Positions 12,901-22,625 of a stretch of DNA of 64,000 nucleotides are shown here, piece by piece. Under the pieces are notes generated by a model. It made no database searches. It was not told the DNA's origin and was given only the letters and a program-made list of their open reading frames with translations. Both the position numbers and the translations under genes were made by a program. Source of the stretch: a virus (Duplodnaviria; Caudoviricetes); IMG/VR virus record IMGVR_UViG_3300020576_002947, positions 175,692-239,691 of that record; one strand, given 5' to 3'. Within the stretch, counting starts at the first letter, position 1. Each line of letters opens with the position of its first letter.

Positions 12901-14451
12901 CTGCGTGATTGTCTGGCCTGTGAATGCTGGAAGTGTTGAAGTGGCTGGGGTAGTTAGTGTCCATCCAGAGCTTTGGTAGTTTTGTTCACAAACAACGTAG
13001 ATTGTTACATCATAATCTACGTATACCTCAAGAATAGCACCCTGGTAAGTATCCCCTTCAACAAGACGAATCTTAGTAATTCCACCATTACTGCTATACC
13101 AGCTTCTATTCCAAAGTGTTAGTGAGGGATTTCTTCCATAATTATACGCAGCGTAGAATGTCGTGGCACTATGTTGTCCGCTAGTTATATCATAGACCGT
13201 AAAGAACGCTGATGCTCGATTACCACTTGAGAGAGAATCAGGATTGCCATTGGTTGCGATTCTATACCAAAAACCTGAAACCGCAGGGCCAGATACTCTC
13301 TGAACTCTTGCAGCGGTAGTTGCTGCTGACCCATGTCCTGAGTCAAGATGAGCACCATCTAGATAATCAGCATTGAAGTTAGTATTAACTGTTGTTGAGG
13401 TGACAGCAAGCGGTGATGTGCCTGTAGCTTGAGAAAGTGTCTGCCGTACAAAAGTTGGTGATGCTCCTGAATGAAGATCCTGGGGTCCTGTTAGAACTAT
13501 GTTCCCAGAGACACCATCTCCATTTGTAACAGTAACTCTATTGGTGGTTCCTGTTATAGATCTAGCTGTAGTAACACCAGCAGATGTTCGTACAACAATA
13601 CCATTGGACCCTGGATCATTTAACCCTCCAATAGCAGATACACTAGACCATACTGGAACTCCACCAGAGACCGTTAGAACAGTGCCACTAGCACCGATTC
13701 CTAGTCTTGCAAAGGTGTCTATGCCACTTCCATAGATCAGGTCACCACTTACCCAGTTAACTGCTGAGAGGCCTGTGAGAGCGGCGTCTAGAGGCTGTTT
13801 ATTGCTAAACTGGGTTTGGATGTTGCTTGTAACACCGTCTAGATATTGGTATTCTGTATTAGATACGCTACCATCACCGATCTTAGATGCATCAATACCG
13901 CTTGGAATATCAGAAGCTGTGATATATCCAGCAACATAAGCAGTTCCATTACTTTTAAGAAATGATGATGAAGGTGCTGATCCATTTATCTGATATCCTA
14001 ATGCTGTTAAATTGCCTGTATCATAATCCCATTCAAAATCTGTTGATTGGGCTAGCTTTTGCTCTGAATTTATAAATAAAACTGATTTGGGATTGCCTGC
14101 ATAGACCATTGTCTCATTAGCTATGAGACTTGCGGTAGAACTGGACCAATCTAAGAGACCTCCACCTAGATTTATTAATACATCGCCACTTGATCCTTGT
14201 GTTGTAGGAAGAGTTAAGGTATAACCATACGCTGGAGCAGCAGGAGGTTCTATTCTAATATTAAAAATAGAACTAAAGTCTACATGAGAGGCTGATAGTC
14301 CACTAGTAAGATTTAAACCAGATGAAGTAAAGGTAAAACTATCAGAACCTACTAGGCTACGCCCATCAGAGTATGCGACCTGACCGTCAGTTATTCTACT
14401 AGCGGAACTACTAGAGATCGTAAGCGGTGTATATAATTCCTCTCGACGCAT
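3952..14451 (-). CDS. giant modular tail fibre / receptor-binding protein (3499 aa)
   Basis: Ser/Thr/Gly-rich; [37 protein letters not shown] and ERMRI tail-fibre motifs; internal duplications. Confidence 0.88.
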   Translation of the reverse strand: MRREELYTPLTISSSSASRITDGQVAYSDGRSLVGSDSFTFTSSGLNLTSGLSASHVDFSSIFNIRIEPPAAPAYGYTLTLPTTQGSSGDVLINLGGGLLDWSSSTASLIANETMVYAGNPKSVLFINSEQKLAQSTDFEWDYDTGNLTALGYQINGSAPSSSFLKSNGTAYVAGYITASDIPSGIDASKIGDGSVSNTEYQYLDGVTSNIQTQFSNKQPLDAALTGLSAVNWVSGDLIYGSGIDTFARLGIGASGTVLTVSGGVPVWSSVSAIGGLNDPGSNGIVVRTSAGVTTARSITGTTNRVTVTNGDGVSGNIVLTGPQDLHSGASPTFVRQTLSQATGTSPLAVTSTTVNTNFNADYLDGAHLDSGHGSAATTAARVQRVSGPAVSGFWYRIATNGNPDSLSSGNRASAFFTVYDITSGQHSATTFYAAYNYGRNPSLTLWNRSWYSSNGGITKIRLVEGDTYQGAILEVYVDYDVTIYVVCEQNYQSSGWTLTTPATSTLPAFTGQTITQLNLDAADYPLIASASNGRTDSFQVTNSGIVNSVYVNAASGFRLGGVATSGSFLRGNGTNIVLSTIGSGDVPDLDASKITTGTFANARISSGSVTQHQSLLSIGWGQLTSVPTTLAGYGITDGVISSRTLQLSGSPDITISNTSALDLTANRSWNFSLSDTTVSSGSYGSSSLIPTFTVDSKGRLTSASTQAISVTGLGGVSGTGVLNKLAFWDSTNSISYYDALTKTSSSFDINADVNIAGNVTITGALTSISASSISVSDPLIKLASDNAADVVDIGFYGKYNDGTDKFSGLFRDAGSNLYRLFTGLTVEPSATVNIGGSGYTTATLVADLQGNASTANAWQTARTLQLSGSVSGSASVDGSSNITLNTTLTNAYLNALGALDSTTGYLVQTGASSFARRTLTATANQTTITYGNGVSGNTVIGTVQDIGTTSSPSFTQVTGYRPYSIYPSASFGLRSTSPITDVRGRVINRNTDMLHGATGYTVYNNLVNGSVTHSVSADSTAPNHSGNILRINYDGTTCNPGCGGFYVGLGKALPNSGSRGYLEGQRILYRVWAKIPSGYTLSFATNAIGTGSTNVWLSSAIGTGAWQEYLILQQIGVGGSFAQTGYFYLAGTNAAIQWDVARCEMIGLDEAPTVEYAHDLNVGYSTFFTPTSTPGLLVAKKLGIHGLGATSSTNSIEVYSSAGSGLFTVRNDGAVHAPYNIRVGDLTYTGAIPDGASGTVTPQIYNVQTTGVAAVGAAVNDGTNNRRGGLFVDQTNAVWGLAHSYSSGGVPFVLKSGSSELFRVGINGFFSIGSTDVASYRFLVKGSGSTSSTQAFRVENSAGTQLLQVRDDGSAGFGSLQNNTRLLISGLGSTSSTNALHLVNSATTQLFTVNDAGYASFGTTPSTTAKLIVQHTANNAYVGGGSFTSTSTNSDGTTRTFYGVLGNAAIVTASNSTLSIYGGYFALPDTYTTSGFTNSGSVIGVAGDARISSASHAGTVTSQMGGYFVHGATSTATGSGAITSSYGVRVLTDFAAPTSLGIANSYGLHIVANGSTSYPTNLWGVYEAYGTAANAANYFASPVQIGTTTRSAALVISKSMSGAAWSVNGMLFRVQNGTLTDTSTVAGATVTHNAANSFATPTLASTATGVTYTHAYNLYIAGPPTSGTNVTITNPWTFNAYTGQSRFGGDLFVGTSSVFDATTPNTNVLAGSGATGVQIRGGTAIEPTFEFWRATTAIPDGGVVGKISAWGGYGAPVEMGRIEFLAAGITENASDIIFRTATGGTLSERLRIGSTGTVNVTGLSGTGSRFVQVSATGDLSALTLGTSAQYVRGDGTNQTLDTLAVPENTNLYFTNARAIAATLTGYSAASGTVSSADSILSAIQKLSGNISSMISGVSSVFGRTGTVVASSGDYTTAQVTESGNLYFTDARVRATTLTGFASSNTAITAADSVLTAFGKAQGQLDNKESTITAGTSGQYWKGDKTWQTGVPWGDLTSVPADFTPSAHTLDSHSNVTITSNSSGELLKWNGSAWINNTLAEAGISAVGHTHAWSDITTGTPTTLAGYGITDAQGLDATLTALAGLNTTAGLVVQTGTDTFTKRTLTGTTNQITITNGDGVSGNPTISLPSAVTISGAMTANSFAGIGTSLTALNASNLTSGVVPLAQSIPPVNNSLLRGNLGSPSALEAAVVDGQFDNKLKFHLPMSIEESTDGSVWTAHATSPSGAAMKNNVIGRGTGSAITLANGKYGIRFTWSKSAGDYKSNYVYINAFYAYTSTNGHSAAVLIEKSEDNVTWVTHAGPTNTASTWPGHFFVSHATIPWRYSPTPGVHYKYVRVTFIPTWNGTYPSNNLDIYRMDWYGGYPAGARDDFYWDFDKNMTFRAAVDAVSGFRVNGLATSGSFLRGDGTNIVLSTISSGDVPNLDTAKITTGTFADARIAQSNVTQHQAALSIAWSQLTSVPSSFTPAAHTLDSHSNVTITSNSSGEILKWNGTAWINNTLAEAGISATGHVHAWSDITSGVPTTLAGYGITDVPWSTLTSVPTSFTPSSHVHAWGDITSGVPTTLAGYGISDAQGLDSTLTALAGLDTASGAVFQTGTDTFTKKNFFGTTDQITITEDATGLTFSLPNTPTITGLNLSSLLDGCFVYNSTSSGLSTNANFQFNGTEAGFGGALSSGVRLTITGTDATSGGFGLRVWPDSGAAYFTCRNDGVVAAIGQFTATRTAGDANYAAIIRHSGGTSNRHGLQVSTTGTTTNTIAFNVATDANANAVYTDGAGMTGFGLVPSGSHRVQIQGNGNTSSTDALRITNSDTTSIFTVNNAGFVGLGSTSATSKLTVGNSGTDVAVAGGQFSATPTHNTTTARTHYGFLSYVNSTYNDTSATNQYGGWFSLSNSSVASGKTISGVIAGVYSDCKIVTSTHAGIFSNIYSGYFIHGASSAATGSGTVTNSYGVRVLTDFTNPATFTISNSYGLQIVGTGTASYPTNVWGVYEGYAVGIGARNFFQNPVMIGTSAVPVNFLVARNNSGTAWGSNGINARFGSAIFTDTSTASSTTVALNTINSFGGGVLAATNSAVTYTNAVNTYISGPPVAGTNVTLTNPWSLWVNAGNTRLMNTIIGGSSFTFNLNTILSGSGYNGLQIRNTASVYPILEMFTDSNAIADGGTIGKISWWAGSTAPKENAKIEALQIGTNEDAASLVFYTATGGTLTERMRILSTGTINVTGFTGTGNKVVLADATGNLSALTVGTSAQFLRGDGTWQTPAGTGTVTSVALSLPAQFSVTGSPVTSSGTLTAAWANQASSLVFAGPVSGASAVPAFRALVAGDIPTLTASKISDFDATVRACTLTGLSSSNSVVVAGDTVLQGIGKLQGQISAKKERRTLVFFSAYTPTASGADDVQIPIPRLADAGTNWTPKKLRVRVNTASAGTTTVRCEYYNGTGAFSATNIHTGGDVSLSGGSTYEASTTTFSTTTLASDAWLRVNFTALDATHAKFTVYLEIEEQ

Positions 14452-14461
14452 TATTTAAAGC

Positions 14462-14489
14462 AAAAAGCCCCTACTTTAAAGGTAGAGGC
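14462..14489 (-). terminator. rho-independent terminator (minus strand)
   Basis: aaaaa-gcccctac-tttaaag-gtagaggc: stem followed by U-tract on the minus strand. Confidence 0.5.
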
Positions 14490-14509
14490 TAACAAAAAAG
14501 CGTGTAATC

Positions 14510-14881
14510 TTACTCAGACTTCTTCTTTTTTGGCTTTACTTCGTTAGGCAATTCAGGAACAGAATTATCCCCAAGAACCTCTAGTTCCTCTTCTGAAAAA
14601 GGAATATCTTTGACCTCTGGGAGCTCTTGAAGACTAAGATTCATACAATCAGTTACGACAAGAACAACTTCGTTGCCCTGGACACACAAAAACTCTGTTT
14701 GTAGGACGAATTTCTCACCAGCTTCATCATAATAAGTAGGTGTAATCTTCTCTTTCTTAAAACTTTCCTTTAGTCCTGAATCAACAACAGCAATAGTCAG
14801 TCTATTGCCTTCTAAACTAATTACAGGGGTGTCAACTACAATACGTTCCCCAATAATAAAATCAATTATACTCTGTTTCAT
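14510..14881 (-). CDS. hypothetical protein
   Basis: 123-aa ORF in operon. Confidence 0.65.
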   Translation of the reverse strand: MKQSIIDFIIGERIVVDTPVISLEGNRLTIAVVDSGLKESFKKEKITPTYYDEAGEKFVLQTEFLCVQGNEVVLVVTDCMNLSLQELPEVKDIPFSEEELEVLGDNSVPELPNEVKPKKKKSE

Positions 14882-14883
14882 TC

Positions 14884-15387
14884 TTAACCTAACCTCAAAA
14901 CCTTTGCCTTCTTATCAGCAAATACAGTTTTTAGTGCCTTTTCGGTTGTCAGTAAGGATATTAGAGCCGCAGGCTTTCCTTTTATAGCCATATCCTCAAA
15001 CTTATCAGATACACTTAGGTAGTCTAGAACCACTACTATGTTATCATCTGATTCTAGAAGTCTTTGTCCTTTTGTATTAATGATGTGTTGAACATCTAGA
15101 CAATGGACACCCTTTACCTCATTATTTGTTTGAAACAGTTTAATATCTTTGCTTGTTCCGCCAATATAAAAGATAGTTGACGGATCATAAAGTTTTGATG
15201 TCTCATAAACAAAAGCAGGTGCTAGTATATCTGTCTTCCCTGTATTAGTCCCAGAGTCAATACGTAAATATGGATACGTATTCTCATAGTCAAAACCCAA
15301 CGATACTTCTTCAAGAAACTCTCTAATCAGTTTCTTTTGTCTATTAGCCCAATTGCGGCTCATACTATTAATGTGCATGCTTTTCAA
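14884..15387 (-). CDS. hypothetical protein with degenerate P-loop
   Basis: SGTNTGKT and IVVVLD motifs. Confidence 0.5.
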   Translation of the reverse strand: MKSMHINSMSRNWANRQKKLIREFLEEVSLGFDYENTYPYLRIDSGTNTGKTDILAPAFVYETSKLYDPSTIFYIGGTSKDIKLFQTNNEVKGVHCLDVQHIINTKGQRLLESDDNIVVVLDYLSVSDKFEDMAIKGKPAALISLLTTEKALKTVFADKKAKVLRLG

Positions 15388-15967
15388 AAAAGTCCCAGTA
15401 CCTATTATGTGTGCTTTCTAATAATCTAAGCACCTCAGAGTCAGTAGGCTTTCTGTAATGAGGTAAGATAGTTCCTTTCCTAAGCTGGGTAATGAATCCA
15501 TTAGCACTCATAAGGTATATGCCATAGTTCTCAGGCACTTCTGCTAACGCTGTAGGAACTAAATGAGGTTCTATTAAATAACTAAATGTAGTAATTGGTA
15601 TCTTTTGAGGGTGAACCCACTCTGATTTAGGTATATTCTGTAAAGTAGAAGGGTCTAAGCTAACATATTTATTGCTTTTAGGTAGGCCATTTTTTAAAAA
15701 CATATGTTTACAGACTTTACCAGAGAAATCTCTTCTAAGATCACTAATGTTATTCTTGATTTCAATCTCATGACCATAACCACTAGTAGTTATATAAAAG
15801 AAATCCATCTCCCAGGGAACTAAGTTCATGCTTCTAGGAAAACACTTATATTTATTAAGCATTCTATAAAGCCTTTTTATTGCAGCGGCTTCAGTCACAA
15901 ACTTGCTAGAGGCACCAAAAAGCCCTGCCTGTAGGAGGATCTGAAAAGTACGATTCAGGAAACACAA
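15368..15967 (-). CDS. MmcB-like PD-(D/E)XK nuclease
   Basis: EMDFF...HEIEIKNNISDLRRDF and EVPENYGIY motifs; start uncertain. Confidence 0.65.
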   Translation of the reverse strand: MCFLNRTFQILLQAGLFGASSKFVTEAAAIKRLYRMLNKYKCFPRSMNLVPWEMDFFYITTSGYGHEIEIKNNISDLRRDFSGKVCKHMFLKNGLPKSNKYVSLDPSTLQNIPKSEWVHPQKIPITTFSYLIEPHLVPTALAEVPENYGIYLMSANGFITQLRKGTILPHYRKPTDSEVLRLLESTHNRYWDFFEKHAH

Positions 15968-16013
15968 CTCACGTACTATTAAAACAGGCAGGGCTTAGTT
16001 ATTTTTTATCCTT

Positions 16014-17036
16014 TTATGTATTACCTTTTTTTGTAGAGGGCGTTTTCTTTATAGGTTTTTGCACTTTGTGCTCTTCAATCATTCTTACATTCTGAACTTT
16101 TGGAGGACTATCATTAGTACTAAACCTCAGCTCTGTCCCATTTCTGCGTTCGACCTTTAGATCAAACTCCCTAACCAACTCCCCTAGAGCATTTGTAATT
16201 CTTCCTTTTAGATTACCTTCAAGCATGTTCTGCTCAAACTCTGGATACAATAAATGGGCTTGATTCTCTGTTACATAGTAACATGTCTCACCCATAGCTT
16301 CAATAACATAATTTCGTTTTAACCCAATACCAGTAACTTCTAACTTGTACATCCTATTTTTTCCATTATCTCTGCAAACTCTTCACTAATTGATGACACT
16401 TTTACATACTCTGTAACCGGGAACTCCATTTTAGCAAGCTCTATGAACGCATCGATCTCCCCATAGCTTAGCATGTAGGTACCCTCTTCAGCAGCACAAC
16501 GTATTAAATAACTATAACTAATGAGTTGCGGTCCACCCCCATAAGTACATTGGTCCAAGTATGAAGAATACCCAGAGCCATAAGAGGCATAAGACATAGC
16601 TGATATAGGATAGCTAGTGGAAAAACTTCCATAACTTGTGTCACGATGCATTACAAAAGCACTTTCTGGAAGTAATTCCCCTCTCTCTACAGGGTTCCAA
16701 AATTCATCAGTCTTAGTAAGAAGAATCATATAATTAAAATGTAAAAAGGGCCCTCAACTCTGAAGGCCCTTTGGCTTACGCACGCTCTCGAATCTCGTAA
16801 GAGACTCCAGTATCATTCTCCATCTTTACCCAGCTAGAGATATTCTTATCAAGCAGGGTAAAAGTCCTCTCAGGGACTAGATCAACCCTTACTGCAGGGA
16901 TAAACTCATCATCTACAATCCTATAAAAGGTCTGTGTCTGCGGCTCATACTCGTCGTCAAAGCCTACAATAACACTCCAATTAGAAGTATGATAGATGGC
17001 TTCAATTAATGTTTCGTACCAATTACTGTTGTTCAT
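16014..17036 (-). CDS. three hypothetical proteins (16014-16352, 16340-16729, 16776-17036)
   Basis: Consecutive ORFs; minus-strand terminator-like hairpin at ~16743-16771. Confidence 0.6.
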
Positions 17037-17682
17037 AATGTTTCTTTAGTTCCTCTTCAGGTAGTGCAGTAGATCCTACTCCGCCAGAAAGAAATGTCTT
17101 ATTATCTACTAGACCGATCCTATAATCTGATATCTTTGATGATACATAGGTCATCGTGCCAAAGTTATTCTCTGCATTGAAGGTTACGGTGCTTCCTCTG
17201 TCAAAGCCATAAGCCGCCGCTACACCCCAAGCATCTTGGTTAGCACCAAGATAAGTAAATACCCATCCTAGTTCTGTACGACCACTAATAAGTGCTGAAA
17301 GCTGATCTGACTTAAACTCCTTACTTGCGTTCTCACAGCCATCCGTATAAGTAATAACGATAGGTGCAAGATAGTTCTTCTTCCACTCCATAGAATTAAT
17401 AACTGTATGTACTGAGTCTACTAGAGCTGTCATGCCTCTTGGAACAAAGGTTTCCCTTGTTAGATCCTGTACCTTAGATGCTTCTACATCAAGGCAATAT
17501 TCAAGTAGTTCATGGTCAAATAGATAAATTGAAACAAAACTCTTAACCTTTTGATCCTTTCTAAGATCAGCAAGCATTGAGTTCACTCCACCAATAACAT
17601 CATTAACAATACTACCCATCGAACCGGAACGGTCAAGGATCAAAACTACTTGCTGATTTTTAACAGGCTTTTGAATTTTCAT
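17023..17682 (-). CDS. von Willebrand factor A domain protein
   Basis: ILDRSGSM MIDAS, GMTAL, TDGCENAS, FTYLGAN motifs. Confidence 0.92.
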   Translation of the reverse strand: MKIQKPVKNQQVVLILDRSGSMGSIVNDVIGGVNSMLADLRKDQKVKSFVSIYLFDHELLEYCLDVEASKVQDLTRETFVPRGMTALVDSVHTVINSMEWKKNYLAPIVITYTDGCENASKEFKSDQLSALISGRTELGWVFTYLGANQDAWGVAAAYGFDRGSTVTFNAENNFGTMTYVSSKISDYRIGLVDNKTFLSGGVGSTALPEEELKKHYEQQ

Positions 17683-17685
17683 TAC

Positions 17686-18723
17686 TTATAATGTAATCTC
17701 ATCCTCCAAACTTATTAGGTCCATGGCATTGCTTACTTCCGCAATAGTATTCTTATCTATCATATACTCAAAGTCCTTATAATCTACTTCTTTAATTTCT
17801 GCTAAGGTCTTAACTTGACTTTCATCTGCATTGCCAACGTATACTGAAATATTTACTCTTCCAGGTCTAAGAAGAGCTGGTGGTATATTATTAAGGTTAT
17901 TTGAAGTGGCTACAATACAGAGATCGTTAGATAGATAGCCATCAAAAATCTGTAGTAGTGTGTGTAGATTCTGCTTGTTTGTATTTAAGAGTATATCCAA
18001 ATCCTCAAAGACCATCAACCCATAATCTATCTCACTTACTGCCATTCTTAAGTTGCCTGGGTTCATATCTGTAGTAAATAAATAAACAGGTAGGTTTTCT
18101 TGCAGAGCTAGCAAAGTGCTAAAGGTAGTCTTGCCTGTTCCAGGAGGCCCATGAAGCAGAATTGATTTTCTTTTTTCAGCAGGAACTTTTAGTAGATTAG
18201 TTAGCTTATCTGGAAGTGGTAGAAGATCAGGTCTTACAACACGGCTAGATGAGAACTTCCAGTTAAAATTATAGGAATAAGAACTTACTTTACTATTAGG
18301 GGAACTTAAATTTTCTAGCCTAGCTACAAGCTCATTAATATCACCTTGTAAAACAAACAGTTCTATCCTAGACTCTCTAGAAGGTTTCTTTGGTGGCCTA
18401 CCTTCAAGAGTATTCGGAACTGTATAGTAACTATTAGGCTCGAAGTACCAGAACAAATAGAAACCTTCCCAATGAAAAGCCTGCGTAGTAGGGTACTTAA
18501 TCTTATCGTTATATAAACATCTAGTAGGATTTAAAGTTAAAAGGATATCAGCTAGCTTACCACCTTTATCTGAAGACAACTCTAGTACGAGCCTAGGAAT
18601 GCTAAGAAACCTTAATATTTGTGATATCCTATAAGGTGTTGCATTAATATCATCAATAGTTTTTGTTAGCGTATGGAAGTTACTGCTAAACAACGAGAAC
18701 TTTCTTAAAAGATCTGGAAGCAT
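17686..18723 (-). CDS. AAA+ ATPase
   Basis: LLHGPPGTGKT Walker A, MVFEDLD Walker B, ATSN, ALLRPGR. Confidence 0.92.
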   Translation of the reverse strand: MLPDLLRKFSLFSSNFHTLTKTIDDINATPYRISQILRFLSIPRLVLELSSDKGGKLADILLTLNPTRCLYNDKIKYPTTQAFHWEGFYLFWYFEPNSYYTVPNTLEGRPPKKPSRESRIELFVLQGDINELVARLENLSSPNSKVSSYSYNFNWKFSSSRVVRPDLLPLPDKLTNLLKVPAEKRKSILLHGPPGTGKTTFSTLLALQENLPVYLFTTDMNPGNLRMAVSEIDYGLMVFEDLDILLNTNKQNLHTLLQIFDGYLSNDLCIVATSNNLNNIPPALLRPGRVNISVYVGNADESQVKTLAEIKEVDYKDFEYMIDKNTIAEVSNAMDLISLEDEITL

Positions 18724-18843
18724 TTATAGTAATGTCCTAACAACATAAAAATGCGTTAGGACCAAAAAAATTGATTTTTAAAAAAACCGAAGGTGCTAAA
18801 CTCAACCTTTTAGAAGCTAGAATTCAGCACCCCGGGGTCTAAA

Positions 18844-18915
18844 TTAGCAGCCTTTTCCGCCGCCGCCTTTCTTTCCGCCGCCTGATGACCCGCCTTTCTT
18901 GTTACCTTTTGCCAT
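18844..18915 (-). CDS. 23-aa Gly/Lys-rich micropeptide MAKGNKKGGSSGGGKKGGGGKGC
   Basis: ATG...TAA with GTGAGG SD-like site upstream; GC-rich codons in AT-rich surroundings. Confidence 0.6.
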   Translation of the reverse strand: MAKGNKKGGSSGGGKKGGGGKGC

Positions 18916-18945
18916 GTTTGTATAGCCTCACTTTTGATAGAGGGG

Positions 18946-19555
18946 TTACACACCGCCAGTAGGAGCTAGAACATCAACTGGAATAACAGTATAAGGTGTT
19001 CTGTCAATATAACCCATAAACTTATCTCCTACATACATAGAAGCTAGCTCAGGATATTTAATACGAAGCAGATCAAACAAAGACAACGCAGAGTATTCAT
19101 GCTCAAGCTCCACAGAAATATCCATAATAAACTTCAATGATTCCAGGTTTGCATCACTCAAATTCCTCAAGTGCTCAAGAACAGTACTTAAGCCCGTATT
19201 ACTCATCATCTCCACAGTTACACTCACAAGAATCACAGCTACAGTTATCTTCTATCATACCCTTAAACTGATCCTGATACTCCTCCCAATCCATCAACTT
19301 AAACTCCTCAATAATATCATTGTCATTAGCATAGGCAACTAGTACTTGTCCCTGTGTAATAAGATAGCCATTAATAAAACCTAGAACAGATGCCCACCCA
19401 TGAGGATCAGCTTGAACAGTAGGATGATCTTGCATACCATCACCTAAATAAACTTTCCCAAACAAGAAGTTACTAAAGGCCATAGGATTAATAGCGTTGA
19501 CACTTTCCAAATACTTCAAAAAATCAGCATTCATATAGAGTAATGTAGCTCCCAA
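18946..19555 (-). CDS. two hypothetical proteins (18946-19236, 19199-19555)
   Basis: Overlapping ORFs; second has an acidic Cys-rich tail CSCDSCECNC. Confidence 0.6.
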
Positions 19556-20574
19556 TCCTTATGTGATTTTCTGTACCCATGAACGACCTTAGTAATAGCA
19601 GAAGGCTTAACACCTGCCAACCTACAGAAATCAGCAATCTTAAAACAACTAACGATCTCACCGGTAACAGTATTCTTAAAAGAAATCTTAGACTGATTAT
19701 CTAATGAATATCCTTTGTACGATTTAATCTGACCGTTAATTAAAAGACTTAACCTCTTACTAGGAATACTATACTTTTTTGAAAACTCTGAAACTGAATT
19801 AGCTTCATACACAATACCATCAGCATCAACTAATCGAACAACTTTAGAATATTTCTTTGGTTTATTTGGTGACAAAGTGTAGCCCTTATATGAAACTTCT
19901 CTTCTAGTAACCATAGAATAAAAAGAAGAGTGGTTTAGATTATTATCTCTGCAAAACTGAGCTATATTTGTAAGAATGATTTCATTGCCCTCAGGATCAT
20001 ATACAGTAACAGTTCTACCTATAGGTGTCTTAGGCTTTATCTCTTTAGGTATCGTATTAGGAACCTCACCTAACCTATACCAACCTTTATAAAACTTCTT
20101 ATTACCCCCTAGAACTTTTTGAACATCTTTATAGCCAGGAAGACTATACTCTTTACAAAATTTAGCTATATTAGAAAATTCTACAATAGTACCATCAATA
20201 TGCTGAAGAGTTTTAATTTTTAGAGGAATTGAAATTTTTTCCTGTCTTTTTACTCTTTGTTTCCTTAGTAGTAAAGGACTCTCATAAAAAGTTTGATAAT
20301 AGTTCTCAAGATTAGTAAGATCTTCTACAGGACATGAGGCTAGTAATTCGAAAGAAAAATCTTCCCTTCCAAAAAGACTATGAGACTTATTTAGTTCTAC
20401 TATAGTGTGTCTGTTATAGTGAGCATAGACCATGTGCTGCGATATACGCTGTCTTACATCTTTAGAAGATCCTACATAGTATTGTCCTGTAGAAATAATA
20501 TTAATCTTATAAACACCAGAGCCTTTATTATTATCTCGAAACTCATTGTATGTTAGAGATTTATTGTAAACCAT
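19531..20574 (-). CDS. GIY-YIG homing endonuclease with repeated NUMOD-like DNA-binding modules
   Basis: GVYKI...YYVGSS..R..H nuclease motif followed by four ~50-aa repeats ending YKGW/YKGY/HKDW. Confidence 0.88.
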   Translation of the reverse strand: MVYNKSLTYNEFRDNNKGSGVYKINIISTGQYYVGSSKDVRQRISQHMVYAHYNRHTIVELNKSHSLFGREDFSFELLASCPVEDLTNLENYYQTFYESPLLLRKQRVKRQEKISIPLKIKTLQHIDGTIVEFSNIAKFCKEYSLPGYKDVQKVLGGNKKFYKGWYRLGEVPNTIPKEIKPKTPIGRTVTVYDPEGNEIILTNIAQFCRDNNLNHSSFYSMVTRREVSYKGYTLSPNKPKKYSKVVRLVDADGIVYEANSVSEFSKKYSIPSKRLSLLINGQIKSYKGYSLDNQSKISFKNTVTGEIVSCFKIADFCRLAGVKPSAITKVVHGYRKSHKDWELHYSI

Positions 20575-20670
20575 ATTAATAATGTAAGTCGCATTTTAGC
20601 TTTTTATGACCTTAGACTTTTTATTTATTAACTGTAAGTATGAAAATGGGGGTATTAACTATATATATAA

Positions 20671-20711
20671 GGGGGTATATCTCATTTTATACCCCGGGGT
20701 CAAAAAGGCCC
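20671..20711 (+). promoter_or_regulatory. hairpin pair at strand switch; first copy of GGGYC-loop-GGCCY motif
   Basis: ggggtata...tatacccc then gggtc-aaaaa-ggccc just before SD GGAG and ATG 20725. Confidence 0.45.
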
Positions 20712-20724
20712 ACTTGGAGAAAAC

Positions 20725-20973
20725 ATGAAAAACATTCTGATCGTCGTTTCATTCATCATCGTCTCAGTCATCATCATGACTGGACTCTTCTCATTCTTCA
20801 GCGGCGTTGCTCAGAAATCAGCAGCGTCGAAGCAGCTTATCCTTTGTCAGGATAAGTTGAATCATGGCGGAGTGCGATACATGGACGAGAAGCCCTCATG
20901 TGGCAATCTCGTTATTGTTGTGCGTGAGAATGACCATGTGGGTATGCCCATGTGGGCTGCTCACATGAAGTAG
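20725..20973 (+). CDS. small protein with N-terminal TM/signal segment
   Basis: GGAG SD, hydrophobic N-terminus. Confidence 0.7.
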   Translation: MKNILIVVSFIIVSVIIMTGLFSFFSGVAQKSAASKQLILCQDKLNHGGVRYMDEKPSCGNLVIVVRENDHVGMPMWAAHMK

Positions 20974-20979
20974 TTCAAT

Positions 20980-21049
20980 AAGGGTAGTACTGTAATAGTA
21001 TTACCCTTTAATTTTACTGTAGACTACTAGGGCCAAACAAGGCCTACTG
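20980..21049 (+). promoter_or_regulatory. terminator hairpin + candidate hairpin promoter, copy 2
   Basis: aagggtagtact-gtaa-tagtattaccctt then tagactactaGGGCCaaacaaGGCCTactg. Confidence 0.55.
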
Positions 21050-21085
21050 TTATAAGGTACAGTATAACTATCTTAAGAGTACACT

Positions 21086-21508
21086 ATGCAACTCACTCTC
21101 AACAGCAGCATCACTACTCTCCTCGGAGAGGTCTCTTTCGTCAACGCTGATTACTGTGTCAAGTCCTTTGATGACATGACCAATGTGATCCGAATGTGTG
21201 TGTGGCTTGGTGAATCCAGGCTTGACAAGAACTATGTCAGCAGAAGGACCATGACCCTGTCCCAGGCCTCTGATTGGGACACTCTTAGTGCAGCATGGTC
21301 AATCCTTGAAGCTGCAAAGAAGCAGTACATGGCAGAGCTTCCTGTGTGGAGCACTGCTGCAATGGTTTCTGCTACGGTAGAGAACATTGAGGAGATCGTT
21401 GTTCTCCAGTGGCAGATCCGCTGCTGGATGGACAAGGTGTGGGAAGCAGAAAGTAATCTGAGGGCTTCGGCCTTGAATAAGCTTCTCAGTATGGAGGCTT
21501 GGATCTGA
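21086..21508 (+). CDS. hypothetical early protein
   Basis: 140-aa ORF between repeated intergenic modules. Confidence 0.75.
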   Translation: MQLTLNSSITTLLGEVSFVNADYCVKSFDDMTNVIRMCVWLGESRLDKNYVSRRTMTLSQASDWDTLSAAWSILEAAKKQYMAELPVWSTAAMVSATVENIEEIVVLQWQIRCWMDKVWEAESNLRASALNKLLSMEAWI

Positions 21509-21510
21509 GT

Positions 21511-21584
21511 AATAAGGGTAGTATCAGTAATGGTACTACCCTTATTATTTATTATAGTCTATATGGGCTAAATAAAGCCTATAG
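21511..21584 (+). promoter_or_regulatory. terminator hairpin + candidate hairpin promoter, copy 3
   Basis: aataagggtagtat...gtactacccttatt then tagtctatatGGGCTaaataaAGCCTatag. Confidence 0.55.
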
Positions 21585-21610
21585 TTTGATAAGGTTCTAG
21601 TGAAAAACCT

Positions 21611-22159
21611 TTGTCAATGGAGAACATGATGAAAATCAAGCTCAAAAGCATCAACGCAGAAATGACCCTCACTGAGGGTCCTCAACTGAGGATCTTGGCA
21701 GGTGGGACGACGAAGAGTGAGGGTCTTCCCGCTCTTCTTGAACTCAAGAGGTGGTCAGAATACCTCGTCTCAACTCTGGGGGAAGAGCCCTTGGACTTGA
21801 TCAAGGAAGATTTGAACAGTGTTAATTCGTTGCTTCATGCAGCGATTAACATGTTGATGGCCCCTTAAAACAACCAAGTTGTCTTTGATCCTTTCCAATT
21901 AAAAGAAAGGTGTCCACTGGAGAAGAGGATGAAACAGATCAAACTTGAATCAAACAACGTCACCATGACTCTCACTGCTGAGAACCTCGTCGTTCTCAAC
22001 AACGGCGGAAGCTCCCGATACCTTCGAAGTGAGGACGCTCTTGGCGTTCTCATCGACTGGGTTGATTACCTTGTCGAACTGATCCCCGCCGATCCTATTG
22101 TGGTGAAGGCAGATCTGAGAAGAGTTCTTTCCCTCGTGAAAGAGTTCACTCACGTCTGA
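21611..22159 (+). CDS. two tandem paralogous hypothetical proteins (21611-21868, 21929-22159)
   Basis: Shared IKL.S.N..MTLT and W..YLV..I/L...P...K.DL patterns. Confidence 0.7.
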
Positions 22160-22169
22160 GTAATAATTA

Positions 22170-22436
22170 GTGTACAGTGTCTATAACTGGGTAGCGTGTA
22201 ACTCGCTTAATCTTCTGGAGAAAGAAATGAAAAAGAACAAGTTCTTTTCCGAGGCTTTGGCCTCTCTCGTCGTCGCAGTCTTGGTTGGCACGGGCTGCTT
22301 CTTCCTCACGTTGTGGGGACTTGACCTCTTCTGGAATGGGGCTTGGGATATGGATGTCCTGAACGCCATTGCTCTCTTCAGTGCGGTGTCGTTCGGAGTT
22401 ATCTCCGGTATGCTGCGCTGGAATGTGAAGAGGTAA
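22170..22436 (+). CDS. two-TM membrane protein
   Basis: Two hydrophobic segments; likely start MKKNK after GGAG. Confidence 0.7.
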   Translation: MYSVYNWVACNSLNLLEKEMKKNKFFSEALASLVVAVLVGTGCFFLTLWGLDLFWNGAWDMDVLNAIALFSAVSFGVISGMLRWNVKR

Positions 22437-22443
22437 TCAAATT

Positions 22444-22509
22444 GGGGCTGAGAGAAATCTTGGCCCCTTTTAATTTATAATAGTCTATAGGGGCTATTAA
22501 GCCTACTAG
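22444..22509 (+). promoter_or_regulatory. terminator hairpin + candidate hairpin promoter, copy 4
   Basis: ggggctgaga-gaaa-tcttggcccc then tagtctatagGGGCTattaAGCCTactag. Confidence 0.55.
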
Positions 22510-22625
22510 TCGAGCCAGTTAACGACTTAAGAATAATATACTGGTTTCTGTACTTTCCTAGCTTCTTGAAGCTTCTACTAGGAACAGAATAAAACGTCGT
22601 ACAAGAACTGTCCCCATGGAGTAAC

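Noticed and set aside
4203-13735. Overlapping short ORFs within the tail-fibre gene
   Set aside because: Shadow frames of a low-complexity Ser/Thr/Gly gene
3952-14451. Diversity-generating retroelement or invertase shufflon acting on the tail fibre
   Set aside because: Repeats are diverged at the protein level, not adenine-specific TR/VR pairs; no reverse transcriptase or recombinase in the window
18829-20701. accccggggtc 11-mer at 18829 and 20691 as ends of a GIY-YIG mobile unit
   Set aside because: Only two short palindromic copies enclosing unrelated genes; too weak
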